A stretch of DNA of 61,931 nt, the filler included, from Basidioascus undulatus (lineage: Eukaryota): assembly GCA_000826855.1 (NCBI GenBank). It is 3 parts of 3 records of this genome, joined end to end, with 100 filler letters (N's around TTAATTAATTAA, not from the genome) between each part and the next. Parts side by side here need not be neighbours in the genome. Positions count along the whole stretch, not along the records: positions 20,708 to 41,271 come from JTLS01000368.1; positions 41,372 to 61,931 come from JTLS01000369.1; 1 more part is not named here. One strand, 5' to 3'. Positions within the stretch are counted from its first letter, which is position 1, and the number at the start of each line of letters is the position of its first letter. The notes beneath the pieces were generated by a model, which saw nothing but the letters and a program-made list of their open reading frames with translations, was not told the origin of the DNA and searched no databases. Position numbers and translations under genes: made by a program. Positions 38,103 through 50,198 of the stretch are shown here, piece by piece.

Positions 38103-39592
38103 TTACCCTTTCCAACGATAGTGTCCCCAGGCGAGTCCCTCTCCTTCGCCCGGGTCCTGCCATACCACCTTCCCCTTCGCCCCAGTCGCCTCTGCAACTC
38201 CGGCAGCAAACACGAGCGGCAAGAAATGCTGTCCCATCACCACCACCACCATCACCACACCGTGAGCTTCAGTTAAGCTACACACCTTCACATTAGCTTC
38301 TCCCACTCACCTCCGCAGTAGGGTGCGCGAACTTGTAGTCCGGGCGCTGGGTGAGCGCGACGACGCCGTCCGCGCCCTCAGTGCTGTTCAGCGCGGGCGG
38401 GATGGCCCTGAGGAAGGCAGAGGTGGAGGACGACGCGGAGGGAAGGTTCGAGCTGTTGGACATGAAGTAGGCGCGCAGGTTGTGCACCGACTGGCCGCCG
38501 CCGATGAGGAGGATGTTGTCGTTGCTGCGGGGAGGAACACGCTTGTAAGTAGTGCGAGGCGAAGGATGGAGAAGATAGAGGGAGAACGGACCGGAGAGGA
38601 GCGAGCGCCCGGCCCAGCTTGGCGGTGTCTTCTGCGGCGGTGCGGGTTGAGGGGAGGGAGACTTGGACGATGGGAATGTCGGTCGAGCCGTTGAACATGA
38701 CCTGCCCATGCCCGCTCATTCTCGTCAGTTGCACGCCTAGTCCTTCAACCTGAAGAGTATCCCACCTTGAACGGCACTGGCAGAGCGAAGACCGCAAGTC
38801 AGAGACGCCATGCAGAGGAGGATGACGGAGAGGCTCACCCCATACACCATGGTCGAGCCCCCGCTTCTGCCCGCGCGCCCAGATCCCAGACTTGCCGAGG
38901 AGGCCTATGATCTTCATCGCCAGTGGGAGAGAGCCCGGCGCGGTGAAGGTCTGCTTGTAGTATTCGGGCGCTGCAGGCGGGAGCATCAACGATGAGTTTG
39001 GTGGCACGGATGCGTAAAATTGTGGAGCTAGACGGACGGAACCCATAGAAATCGTATACTAGGGAGGTTTGGGGCTCGGTGTTGACTGGAGGTGGTTGGC
39101 GTCAGAAATGATGAAGAAGAGAAGACGGGCTGGGAAACGGGGAACCACGCACCGAGAATCTCGTTCGACCCGCTCTCCCAGTGCGCACTGACGATCACGA
39201 TCTACCAAGGGTAAAAATTTGAGTACGAGCTCAAAAAATCGTATCGAAAATTGTCAACTCACCGCAGCCGGCTTCGGCTCAAGCGCCTCGATCTCCCTCC
39301 CGAGCTTCTGCCACATCTTGTACGGCTTCGAGTCCGTCTCGAACATCGTCGGCGGGCCCCCATGGGAAATAAAATAAACCGGGGGCTTCCCGTTGGTGGG
39401 GGTCGAGGTAGACATCGCGACAGCAGCGGTTGCGGTTGCGAATGCGGCGGAGGAGCGGCGAGCGAAGGAAGACGTGAGGGGCTTGGTGTATGAGAGGAGC
39501 AGCTTGAGGAGCGCGGGGGACGCCCAGAGCATGGACAGGAGCGCGAGGCAGAGGGTCAGGGGGATGAAGATGCTTTTGGAGGGGAAGGGCAT
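38103..39592 (-). CDS. LigB / DODA-type extradiol ring-cleavage dioxygenase (copy A) with hydrophobic N-terminus
   Basis: PVYFISHGGPPTMF..IVIVSAHWE..YDFYGF..RGLDHGVWVPFKVMF..IPIVQVSL..GGGQSVHNLR..AHPTAEHFLPL. Confidence 0.93.
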
Positions 39593-39980
39593 GCTCGAGA
39601 TGAGGGGAGAGCTGAGAAAGGAAGAGCCTGGCTGTCTGCAATGAGCGACCTGGGGGCTGACCGCCTGCTGACACGCGCTCACGACGCGACGGCGCGTAAC
39701 GTAAAGGCGGGGACGTCAGCCATTCTGGACAGGCATGAAGCGCCTTCGTTGCAACTTTATCGTGTTTCTGTAAAAGCAGGGAAGAGGCTTATGAAGCGTG
39801 TTGAATTGCAATAGGACAAATGATAGCAAGGGTCGGCAAGCGCTCCGTAAGCGCAATCACGATGTATACATGCAGCGCAGCGTGCCGGCAGCGCAATTTA
39901 GTTTCAGGCCTCCCACGCCGCTTCGAATCCCATTTCACATTCTACCCACCCTTCTGGTTAAAATCTAAGGCAGTCAATAT

Positions 39981-41271
39981 GTGACAACTCACCCTATTGG
40001 AGTTGTAGCTATTCAATCCCCCCCGCGAACGTCTTCTTCGCGACGCGGCGCTGACGGTTTCCCATCCTCGTCCTCCCGCGTCTTCTCTTCCTCAACACCG
40101 CCTCCTCGCGCCTCACAGACTGCCTCCCGCCCATCCCTCCCACTTCCTACCCCACTCGTCTTCTCCGCTCGAGTGCTGATCGTCTCCGTTCTCTTCGTCC
40201 TCTTTGCTCTCTTCTGGATCTCTTATCGCGAATCGCCGAGCTCGGGCACGACCACTGCCGACCGCGTGTTCGATTCAACTTCGCATTCGACGCAGGAAAG
40301 CCAGGGAGCGATAGCAGGGCGCCCAAGCGCCCGAGAAGCCTCCCATGTACTTCGTCTCCCACGGCAGCCCAACGACGATGTTCGAGCAGGACAGCGAACC
40401 GTACAGGGCGTGGCAGCGGCTCGGAGAGGAGATAAACGCGCTGCGGCCGCGTCCTAAAGCTGTACGATTGTTTGCTCTTCCCCTATATTCGAATTTATAA
40501 CACTCTCGTGAATGGCTATCCCGGACAGATCGTCATGGTCAGCACCCACTGGGAGAGCGGCTCGAGCGAGATCATAGGTCCGTCTTCCATCTTCCTCTCC
40601 AGTCCAGCGCCCTCGTCCCCCGCCGGCTCACACCGCACGGCAGTGAACGCCGAGCCGAACAACACCATCGTATACGACTTCTACGGCTTCCGTGCGCCGT
40701 CTCCCCATTTCCACTTAACTATGCATGCCGCTGAGTGTTTTTAGCTTCGCAGCCCCCGAATACTACAAGCAAACCTTCACCTCGCGCGGTTCGCCAACAC
40801 TGGCGTTCAAGATCATGCAGCTCCTCAGCGGGAGCGGGATGAAGGTCACGTGGCAGCTGAGGGGGCTGAACCATGGCGTTTGGGGTGAGGAGTCGGAGGA
40901 GCTGCCCAATCTTCTACTGCGGACACTTGAAGGCTGACATGTTGGGTGACGCAGTGCCGCTGAAGGTGCTAAGACTACGTGAGACGGGGGAATGGATATA
41001 CTAGTTAAAGGGGACGTTATACGGACAGGTCATGTTCAATGGCTCGACCGACATCCCCATCGTCCAAGTCTCCCTCCCATCCGGGCGCGCCTCCGTACCA
41101 GGCACGCTCGCGCTCGGCACGGCTCTCGCTCCACTGCGGTGTGTCTCTCTCCTCCACTCCCAGGAATTTCTGACCAAAACACTTATAAACATCCCAATGT
41201 TTTGGAGACCCAACAGTACACCCAGTGAGGCCAGTTTGTGGAGTGCAGCTGATGCCCCTCAACAGCCACAC
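39981..41271 (+). CDS. LigB / DODA-type dioxygenase (copy B), 3' truncated by gap, start unresolved
   Basis: PMYFVSHGSPTTMF..IVMVSTHWE..YDFYGF..RGLNHGVWVPLKVMFNGSTDIPIVQVSLP..LGTALAPLR. Intron positions match copy A. Confidence 0.88.
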
Positions 41272-41371
41272 NNNNNNNNNNNNNNNNNNNNNNNNNNNNN
41301 NNNNNNNNNNNNNNNTTAATTAATTAANNNNNNNNNNNNNNNNNNNNNNNNNNNNNNNNNNNNNNNNNNNN
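41272..41371. other. Assembly gap / artificial contig linker
   Basis: 100-bp N run with TTAATTAATTAA at 41316-41327, identical in design to the first linker. Confidence 0.97.
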
Positions 41372-43093
41372 GGGCGGGTACGGGGGTGGTACGTCGTTTC
41401 CGTTCTGATCGGCAAGGCGCAGTACTTGTTCAGGCTGACGGGATGGTTCAGACCCATACGGGAGGAGTCCCGGCGGTTACGGTGGTGGTTATGGGGGAGG
41501 GTATGGGGGTGGATACCCAGGTTACTGAAGACTGAGGGGCGAACTTGCTTACAACGTTCATGACCTCTCTACGACCCTGTTGCCTCACTTCCTGTCAACA
41601 TAGCTGTAATGCGCACACGACAACTCGAACCTTGGTAGACCGCATCAATCGCCGACGCTTGTCTTATGTTATGAACATCGCTACATCTGTGCAGCACGCG
41701 CTGGCAATTGTCGCGGGAAGTCGCGATGCACATCTGGCATTTGGGGCAATACAGGTGATCGACGCCGACCCAGCGACTTGGTCATGCAAAGGAAGGGGGG
41801 CAGGCGAGAAAGTAAAAGGGGTTGTAGCGGGCGTTGGGGAGCGAGCGATGGGCACCCTGTGCATCTTTTTCCGGTTTCTCTTGAATTTAACCTGTCATGG
41901 GGCTAATTTGAGACTTTCTTTACCTTCTAATACCGACAAGAATAGCGGCGAGCCTTGTTTTCGCGTTCTCAGTGTCGATATGACTTCAGCAGCGTGCATC
42001 TGATTAACATCGATCCATTAACATCGATCCGTCTTCTCTTCCCCCACGATAGGCCTGGGTTGCCTGGTAAGGAGGCTGCTAGAATAAACCTATATGTTAA
42101 AAACAAAGGTTATTGGCACTGCAGTCGTCTAACAGGTTGCCGGTTGTGCAGAACGAAGTAGCATGTTCAGACTGCGCTAACCCGCTTGCAAGGACACACT
42201 CACGGTTGACTGTAGACAATGTGATTCCACTTTATTCTGAAGATCTTAACGAGAAAGATCATCTGTGCACCAATGCGTTCTCAAATGCGTTCTCAATCTG
42301 TCAGCACGCGGTGCAAGGAAGGTGCTTCGGGATACGGGCTTGATTTGAGCACTCAGACTTGGCGTGCTCCACGGGCTTGCCGTTGTTGAAAGATTCTAAA
42401 TCGATCATCAAATCCCTCATAAGGCTTAACCCAGCCGACTTGCGGAAGACAAAATGTTGAGGAAGATGCACATCTACGAAAGTAGCTTTCGGGCTCGATA
42501 TTTCTCTTTGGCCGAAAAGTGCTGTCAATGCTGGCTGCCAGATATCAGCCATGGTTGTCAATGAGGCTAAAACTTTGAGCTGCAACAAACACATATCATG
42601 TTCAGTTTCTAAGCCAAGTTATTTCAGCAATGCTTGCGGTATGCCGCCGCTCGAAATTGCAAAACAATGTCAACGCGAGCGCGTCAATGCCGTCAAGTCG
42701 CCGGGAGTAGAGTACCGAAGAGCGCTTGGAGTCGTCTCGAGGCCTGCTGCGCCTTCCGAAAGCACAGCTTCCGGTCTCCTTTCGACCGTCTCCCCCGCAG
42801 CTCACTCTCCTCGTACACACTGCCCCCCGACATTCCAGATCCGTCAAGAGCGCCTCTACTGCTCCTGGACACCTGGAAGGGACATTCTGTTCAGCTTCAG
42901 ATCGGACGTGGTTCAGTGCGTCGCCGTCACGGCCTCTGTCTCCGTACAGCTCTCGAGAATCTCTCCGGCGCTGGGTTGCCTCTGATAGCGGAAGGTGCGC
43001 AGTGACTCACAGCTGAGCTCAACGACTTGGTTTTGGAGCGCTTACAGACCTTGTTCCTGCATGCTCTTACAGCCCCGCCGCCAGTACCACAGA

Positions 43094-45584
43094 ATGTCGT
43101 CCTCAGATCCCTCCCGCCAGCGCTCCTCGACCCTCACCTCGACCCTCTCCCGCGCCCTCGCTTCCACACTCCGCTCCGCACCCTCTAATCCTGCCCTAGC
43201 ACCTACAATCTCCGCGCCGTCCTCTCCCGCTCGTCCGACTTGGGCGCCCTCAGGCACACGCGGCCCGAAACGGCGAGGGAGCATCCCGAACTGGATGGGC
43301 GGCGCTCCTACGGCGGAGGAGGATGAGGAGCCGAGGGTGGGGCGCAAGGCGGAGGGTACTCTGGGTCTGGGTTGGGACCCTGCGGAGCTGGGGCTTGGTC
43401 GGGAGCTGGAGGAGGAGCAGGACGAGATGAGCGAAGTCGTGGGCAAGGTCATTTATCAGGCAGGAGTGGACTTCGAGTGCGTACCATCTCCCTATCCTGT
43501 GGTTCTTGGGAATGTTGTTGAGAGTATACCACACAGGACCCGACCGATGTCCGTTCGCCCGCCGTCATACCTGTCCCCCCTTCCGCTCCCTCTAACCCTC
43601 CTCGCAGGGTGATCCTCTCCGCCTCCGCCCTACCTGATCCTCGAGAAGTCAACTACGACGACCTGCTCTCGTGTGTCCGCGTTTCGAAACATCCGCATTT
43701 GCTCCTATTCAGATTCTTACCCATCCCTTTCCGCTCACGTAGCCGGATCCTCTTCACACTCTCCGTCTTTGCCGAGTCGGACTACACGCTCGTCTTCTTT
43801 GCGGCAGGCGGGCGGTATAGTCCGAGCTGGGCGTGGATTCTGCGCGCCTACCGCGGTCTGAGTCGAAAGTACCGCAAGAACCTCAAAAAGCTTGTACGCC
43901 GTCAACGCAGCGAACCTTCCTCCTCGTCCGTCAACCCTGATAAGCCGTCCTCCTCCCGCAGTACATCGTGCACTCCTCCTTCTTCTCCAAAAGTGCCTCC
44001 GCAACCTTATCACCACCCACCACCAGCCAGCTCACACGCTCTCGTCCCCTACCCACAGTGCTCTTATCCACGCTCTCGACGCTCATCTCGCCCAAGTTCT
44101 ACCGCAAGATCCACTACATCCCCTCGCTCTCGGCGCTCGGCGCGCACGTGCCCCTTTCGCAGATTGAGATCCCGCCCGCGGTGTTCGCGCAGAACGCAAA
44201 AGTCGAGCCTGCGCCGAGTCTGAGCCCGGACGTGCATGCGCCCGACAGCCAGATGTTTGGCGCGCCGCTGGAGAGCTTGATGGGCAAGCATGGGGAGCGG
44301 GGCAGCGTGCCAAGGGTGGTGAGGGATGCGGTGGAGAAAATCAGGAGAGATGGTGAGTCGGGGGACTGGGTGCAGCTGAGAGTGGGCGATGCGGGGCAGC
44401 AAAGCTGATTTGAGCGGGATCTTTGGCAGGGCTCGCGACGGAGGGCCTGTTCAGGCGGAGTCCGAATTCGCAAGTCTTGAAACAAGTACAAGAAGCGTAC
44501 AATCGGGGTACGTAGCGTCATCTCCAGAGCTACTGAGAGCATTTCTCAACCGCATCCGCGCTTCCAGGCCACCCAATATCGCTCTCCTCCTACCCCGATC
44601 CGCACCTCCCCGCTGTCCTCCTCAAGTCCTTCTTCCGCTCGCTCCCCACGCCCGTCTTCTCCGCCCAACACACATCCCTCCTCGCCCGCACGCCGCTGCC
44701 AACCTCCTCGCACGCCGCCATTACCTACATCCGCGAGACTGTCCTTGCGTCGATTGAGCCCCGCGCCGCGCACATCGTCCTCGGCTACGTCCTCCAGCTC
44801 CTGCACGAGGTCTCGCTCCGCGCGGGAAAGAACAAGATGGACGCGTTCAATCTCGCTGTCGTGTGGGGACCCAACCTCTACAGGACTGGCAGCGTCGGGA
44901 GGGACATCGCGTTCTGCGCTGTGCCGCAGGAGGGGCGGCCGGAGGGGAAGGAGGCGACGTTCGGGGGTGTGCTGAAGTGCATGATCGAGCATTACTGTGC
45001 GTCTCGCTGAGCTCTCTCCTACTAATGGTTTGTTTCGGCGCTGATGCGTGGTTTCACGGACTTCAGACGAGATCTTCGACGCCTATCACGACCCCGGCAC
45101 GATTTCGACGGCGCGTTCGGCTGTCTTCACCTCTCTCCCGTCTTCTCCTTCCTTGCCCGTCTCGACCGGCTCGAGCATCTCGCCCTCTACGAGCCACACG
45201 AACACGCACAAGCGCACGAACACCGAGTCCTCGCTCGGACAGCAGAGCACGACGACCCTCTCCTCCTCCGTCAACGCGGGCGGCGGGACCGGCACGTCGC
45301 CCGTGCGCACCACGCGCCGCAGCGCATACAGCATCGACAAGACGACCTTTGCGGGCGGGTCTATCGCGCTGCGCCCCGGTGCGCCCGGTGCCGCGCAGGC
45401 CGGCGCCGTGAGCGCGAGCAGTCCCAAGGCCGTCGGCGCGGGCGTCGAGGCAGTGGGCGTCAGCGCCAGCGGGAGCTTCTCGAACCCGGCGTTTGAGGAG
45501 TCCGAGAGCCCCGTCGGGAGCGCGGGCGTGCCGAGGAGGGATCTGAGCTTGGTGGACGAAGGCACGGAGGCTGAGGCCCAATAA
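43094..45584 (+). CDS. CRAL-TRIO(BCH) + RhoGAP protein (ARHGAP1/p50RhoGAP-like)
   Basis: VIYQAGVD..RPMVILSASALP..YRGLSRKYRKNLKKLYIVH..ISPKFYRKIHY, followed by GAP motifs FGAPL..VPRVV..EGLFRRSP..AVLLKSFFRSLP..NKMDAFNLAVVWGPNL. Confidence 0.92.
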
Positions 45585-46075
45585 AGATCCTTTCTGTACT
45601 TTGCGCTTCAGGTTCGTCATGGCTGTTTTGTGGGTCTGTTGCTTGTCAATCTCGTCTTCTAATGGGTTTTGGGCACTCGTCTCGTTCCATCACCGATTTC
45701 GCTTTCTGCTAGTACCCGTATTTTGTTTCGCGCAGCTGGTCCGCTCGTCTTCGCATTTCGTGCTCCCTGTATTACTCATACGACCACTTCACATTGTACC
45801 CCTGGCTGGATGTATTCCGGCGTTGGGTTTCCTTGTTCCTCGTTCAGCATTCATACCCCCTTCGGCATTCTTAGCTGGCCGCAGGCAGGAGGCGTACCAC
45901 CGTGGCTCGACTTGGCACGGAAGGTGACCCGTCCGCTCAGGGCGACGCGCAAAGCAAGGAAATCATGAATGCGAAGATGCATGTGAATGCAGTTGCGAAG
46001 TGATGCGGATATGCGGGAAGAGCTCAAGAAATAATACAACAGGTCGTGTGTCGGGCGCTCGTAACCACCATGACG

Positions 46076-47344
46076 CTATGTAAACTCTTGAGGCAACGCG
46101 ACAACGAACTCTTCGTACACGGTTTGGAAGGGGGCGTCGTCGTCCTCGAACCGCAGCTGGTACAAGCGGCCGCCGGGCGCACCCTTTGGTGGTTGGCCGA
46201 CGACCATGGCGCGCTGAGATGGAGAATAATGTCAGTGAGTAAGTGCAGTATAATGAGCAGAGGTGTGACAGAAGGGATAGAACTCACATAGAGCGTAGTC
46301 GTGTCCGGATAGACCCCCAGGACGTGCGTGCCGATGGGGTAGTCCGCGGGTGGGTAGCCGCGTTGGGACTCGACGGTCGCGCCGGGATAGGGGAGAGGGA
46401 TGAGCGAGCGGAGTGTTGTGTTGTACGTTCTGGATAGAAATCATGAGAACGGCGCGAGGACACGTCACACCAGCCGCATCACGTACGGTCCTGGTCCGCC
46501 TTCCTCTGATGGCTCGACATCTTGCACCGTGTACCTGTTGGGGATTATAAAACGGTGATATTGAGTACGCAAGTTTCGATGATCGAGAGGGGAAGTGAGA
46601 TGATGACGCACCGATTCCGATCGCCGTTGATGCACACGAGCACCTTGGCCAAGATCCACTGCTCCGCCTCGCCGTCGTCTACGTCCTGCCCATGCGGGCC
46701 CGTCTTCTTCGGCTGACGAAACGCGACCGGCCGGCCGGTATGCAGCGGCAGCTGATCCTCCGCCGTAAGGCGGTCGCGCCGGATCTTCATGTTGGCCTGC
46801 GAGCGCCCGCTGCCGACCATCGGCGTGCCTCCGCCTCCCGATGAGGGCGGCGCCGGCGGGTAGAAGGTTTGGGGCGCGACGGGTGAGGGTGACGGCTCGA
46901 CCGACTCGATTTTCCGCTTCTTGCGCTTCTCTGTTGGGCGGGAGATGGATCAGCTTCGTAGGCTATGCGGTTGTAGAGCGTGCGGCGGACCTTGGGAAGC
47001 ATCGGGTTGCTTTTTGAGGGCGATGATTTGATTGACTTCTTCCAACGCCGTCTCAATCATACTGCCAAATTATCGGGGGGAATTAGCATGCTTTGACGGC
47101 AAGAGAAAAATCAGCAACGCAGGTCGACTTACGCATGTTCCTGCTCCGCCTTGATCCGCGCCTCCTCGATACTCTGATTCAGGCTCGCGCGCACTTTCTT
47201 GAACTTCTCCTTGTCGCGCGCAGTGTCCTCGTCATGCGCGACGAGATGTTGGAGTTTGTTGATGCGTTTGAGACCGTCGGTCGCCTCGGCGCGGACGCCA
47301 TCGAGACGGAGGAGGTTCGTGCGCACGCTGCTCCACAGCTCCAT
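46076..47344 (-). CDS. SGF29: SAGA-associated factor 29 (tandem Tudor)
   Basis: N-terminal coiled coil, then QLPLHTGRPVAFR..EQWILAKV..RYTVQDVEP..LIPLP..VLGVYPDTTTLYRAMV..YQLRFEDDD. Confidence 0.9.
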
Positions 47345-48690
47345 GGCTCGGTCTGATGCGCAGGCAGAAACGGAGCGGAAAATACGCTTCAGTGGGTCTA
47401 GCGCGATGGATAGCACACGTAGGCGCGAGAAGCGCTATGCGGTTTGAATGCGGACCGCGGCAGAGACCGCACAGCTTCACGCGTGGCAGCACAAGGGTCA
47501 TGGCCTCACCTTGAGAAGACGTAAAACACAGGTGAGTGAAGACTCAATTGATAGAATAAATGTTCGAGGTGTTGAATACGATGTCAAGTTAGTAGCGTGT
47601 GCGCGAGATGGCTGGAACGGAAGAGAATGCGAGGTGTGATGAAGGCACAAGGGAAGAGGCGCGACCACTCGACATAGGGCGCGGCTGTCACCTGTCGGGC
47701 TTGACACTCGTCCTTGGCCTGGCAAGTTGCAAACGGCTGCTGGAAGCTCTTGCTCTTCCAGCTCAAGGGAATGAGAGTTTCCACACAGCTGCTGTTGCGT
47801 TGTTCTTACAACGGTTAACATTTGGAGGTTTTCGCTCGCTGCCTGGTTAACCGGTTAACCTGCACCACCTCGACCCGGACTGTAAATGTTTGTCTACACT
47901 TCTCACAGGGCTCTTGGCAGCCATGTACACCCCAGCACACCCTCGCTGCGTGGGCCCGAGACTGTTGGGTTCATGACGCTGTCCAACGACTGCAACTCAT
48001 GCTTGGACACAGCCCCAACGTCTTCTGCCGAATGCAGGAGTTCTTCGAGTAGAGTCTCCGCATCGCGATGCAAGGCCGGAAAATCCTTGAAAAGGATTTA
48101 CCAAAACTGGGCGGAGTCGAACCACCATCATCGCACTACCATTGTGCTACAGTCCCCTTAAATCGGTGCTATTACTCAGGGATATTGATGTTAGGCCACC
48201 CAGGCCTTACACGCGACTTCACTTTTTATTTTCACCTCACCTCCCGCGGCGGCTGCATAGTTCTGCAGAAGAGTTATACTCTGACCCGAAGAATTCATAT
48301 TGCACTAATTACGGAACTTCTCCTGACCCGCGGACCGTTAAACGGACTGGGAGAAAACAGTTTCTCAGCGGGTGCATGGTGAAACACTGATCGGGCTCGT
48401 GCCCCTTGCTTCGTGATGGAGAGGGTCCTCTCCTCTCCTCGAGCCCTTTGGCCTTGTTGATATCACAACACAACCACGCTCAAACCAACGCTGGCCGGTG
48501 TCCGTGGCGAAGTGTATAATCCAGTCGGCGCCCTTCTCTCTTCACTCTTGTCCTCCTTTTGCTCGAATCCTTTCGCTACTCACTTATACGCGGCTCGGAC
48601 CCGACGTTCCCATCACGCTCTTTTCATCAATCACCGCTCTTCAGCACTCATATCGAATCACTTACCTCCGATCTTCGTTCGTTATTCACC

Positions 48691-50198
48691 ATGCCGGTCC
48701 TTCCCATTGTCGATGAGCTGCTTCCGCGAGTGCGTCCACTCAATCTTTGATTTGCTCGCGTGTTTGAGCTCAAAGGTCTGGAGGCCGTAGGGCATTCTCG
48801 ACGACGTTTTCGGTAATGGGGACGACAACCAGGACGCCGAGCCCGTGTCGAGCACAACGACACCCAGCCGCGGGCGTCAAACGGAGACTTCGTCTTCCAG
48901 CGCCCGCACCTCCGCACCCTCGCGAACCTCGACCACTACCACCGATGCCGACGAAGAGGAGACGTCGACTCCAGCGCGCGCCACGCGGACTTCCACTTCG
49001 TCCGCGTCCAGAGCGACTTCTTCCTCCTCGTCCCATACGACTTCGGAGAGCTCGACCACCTCCATCACCATGTCCTCGGTCTCGTCCTCCTCCACCACCG
49101 ACAGCGCAAATGCCAGCGCCAGCTCGTCGCCGGTGACGAGCGCGCCGCCGGTCTCCACTTCCTCCTCTGACCTGATTGAAAGCACTCCGACCATGAGCAT
49201 CATCACGGCCAGCGTCCCCTCGTCCTCGTCCGCCGCGTCCAATTCGTCAGACTCGTCGGGCGGCACGCCTCAGGGCGTCGTGATCGCTTTCTCCGTCCTC
49301 GGCGGGCTGGTCGGCCTCGGCCTCATCGCCATGCTGCTGCAGAGGCTGCTTGTGCGCAGGCGCGAGAACCAGCGCGACAGGCTCGCGGACAACATGGTCC
49401 CCTACTTCGAGAAGGATGACGTGCGTTGTGCCTTCTTTTCGGGACTCAAGATGGCTGTCCACTCACTTTTGATGTGCGTATCTTTCGCAGAATCCTTTCC
49501 CGATCCACCGCACGCCCAGCACTCGTAGCCAAGAGACGATGAACAGTCTCGCGGCCGCGCCCGCACCCTATCCAGCGTACCCGCCCCCAGACAGTCAGTC
49601 CTACTACAGAGGTCAACACCCCTACGCACACGCTGCGCCGAGCCCGGCGTACGCCCCGCCGCAGCCGGTCTACCCCATCTCCGACCCTCGCATGCTCCCG
49701 CCCCCCGTCGCCCCGGCCTGGACGGAGAAGCCGCTTCCTAGCCCGGCAGGGTACTCCGTTCCTGAGCCCGGCCACACCGCGCTCTCACCCCCGCCAGCCC
49801 ATGCGAGTCCGAGCCCCCTTCCCCCTGCCGCTACTCTCGCAACGACCCTCATGCCGACGCCCGGGCCCGCAGCCACGTCCGCCACTCCCGTTCCCAAGGT
49901 CGCCCTCTACCCTTTCGCGCCCACGGCATCCGACGAGCTGCCTCTCGTGCCTGGCGAGGATGTCCTCATCCTCCACGTGTACGACGACGGCTGGGGACGC
50001 GTGCAGTCCGTCCGCACCGGCGCGGAGGGCATGGTTCCCCTCGAGGTGCTCGGCGACTCGGGCGCGGCGTCCACCCGCTCGTCGCCCGTGACGGTGCGGG
50101 ACTCGATCATTCCCGCATCGCTTCACAGCGGGCGTATGAGTTCGAAGAGGGAATCGTTGATGCAGAGTCATCAATCGTCGACGTCGAGCCATCCATGA
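48691..50198 (+). CDS. Single-pass membrane protein: Ser/Thr-rich ectodomain, TM helix, Pro-rich tail, C-terminal SH3 (Fus1-like architecture)
   Basis: S/T-rich stretch; TM VVIAFSVLGGLVGLGLIAMLL followed by QRLLVRRR; SH3 VALYPFAPTASDELPLVPGEDVLILHVYDDGWG..EGMVPLEVL. Introns at about 48730-48790 and 49421-49531. Confidence 0.82.

Noticed and set aside
20608..41371. TTAATTAATTAA palindromes inside N runs as biological motifs
   Set aside because: Both have the same 100-bp design, a standard six-frame-stop scaffolding linker. Gene adjacency across these gaps is therefore unproven.
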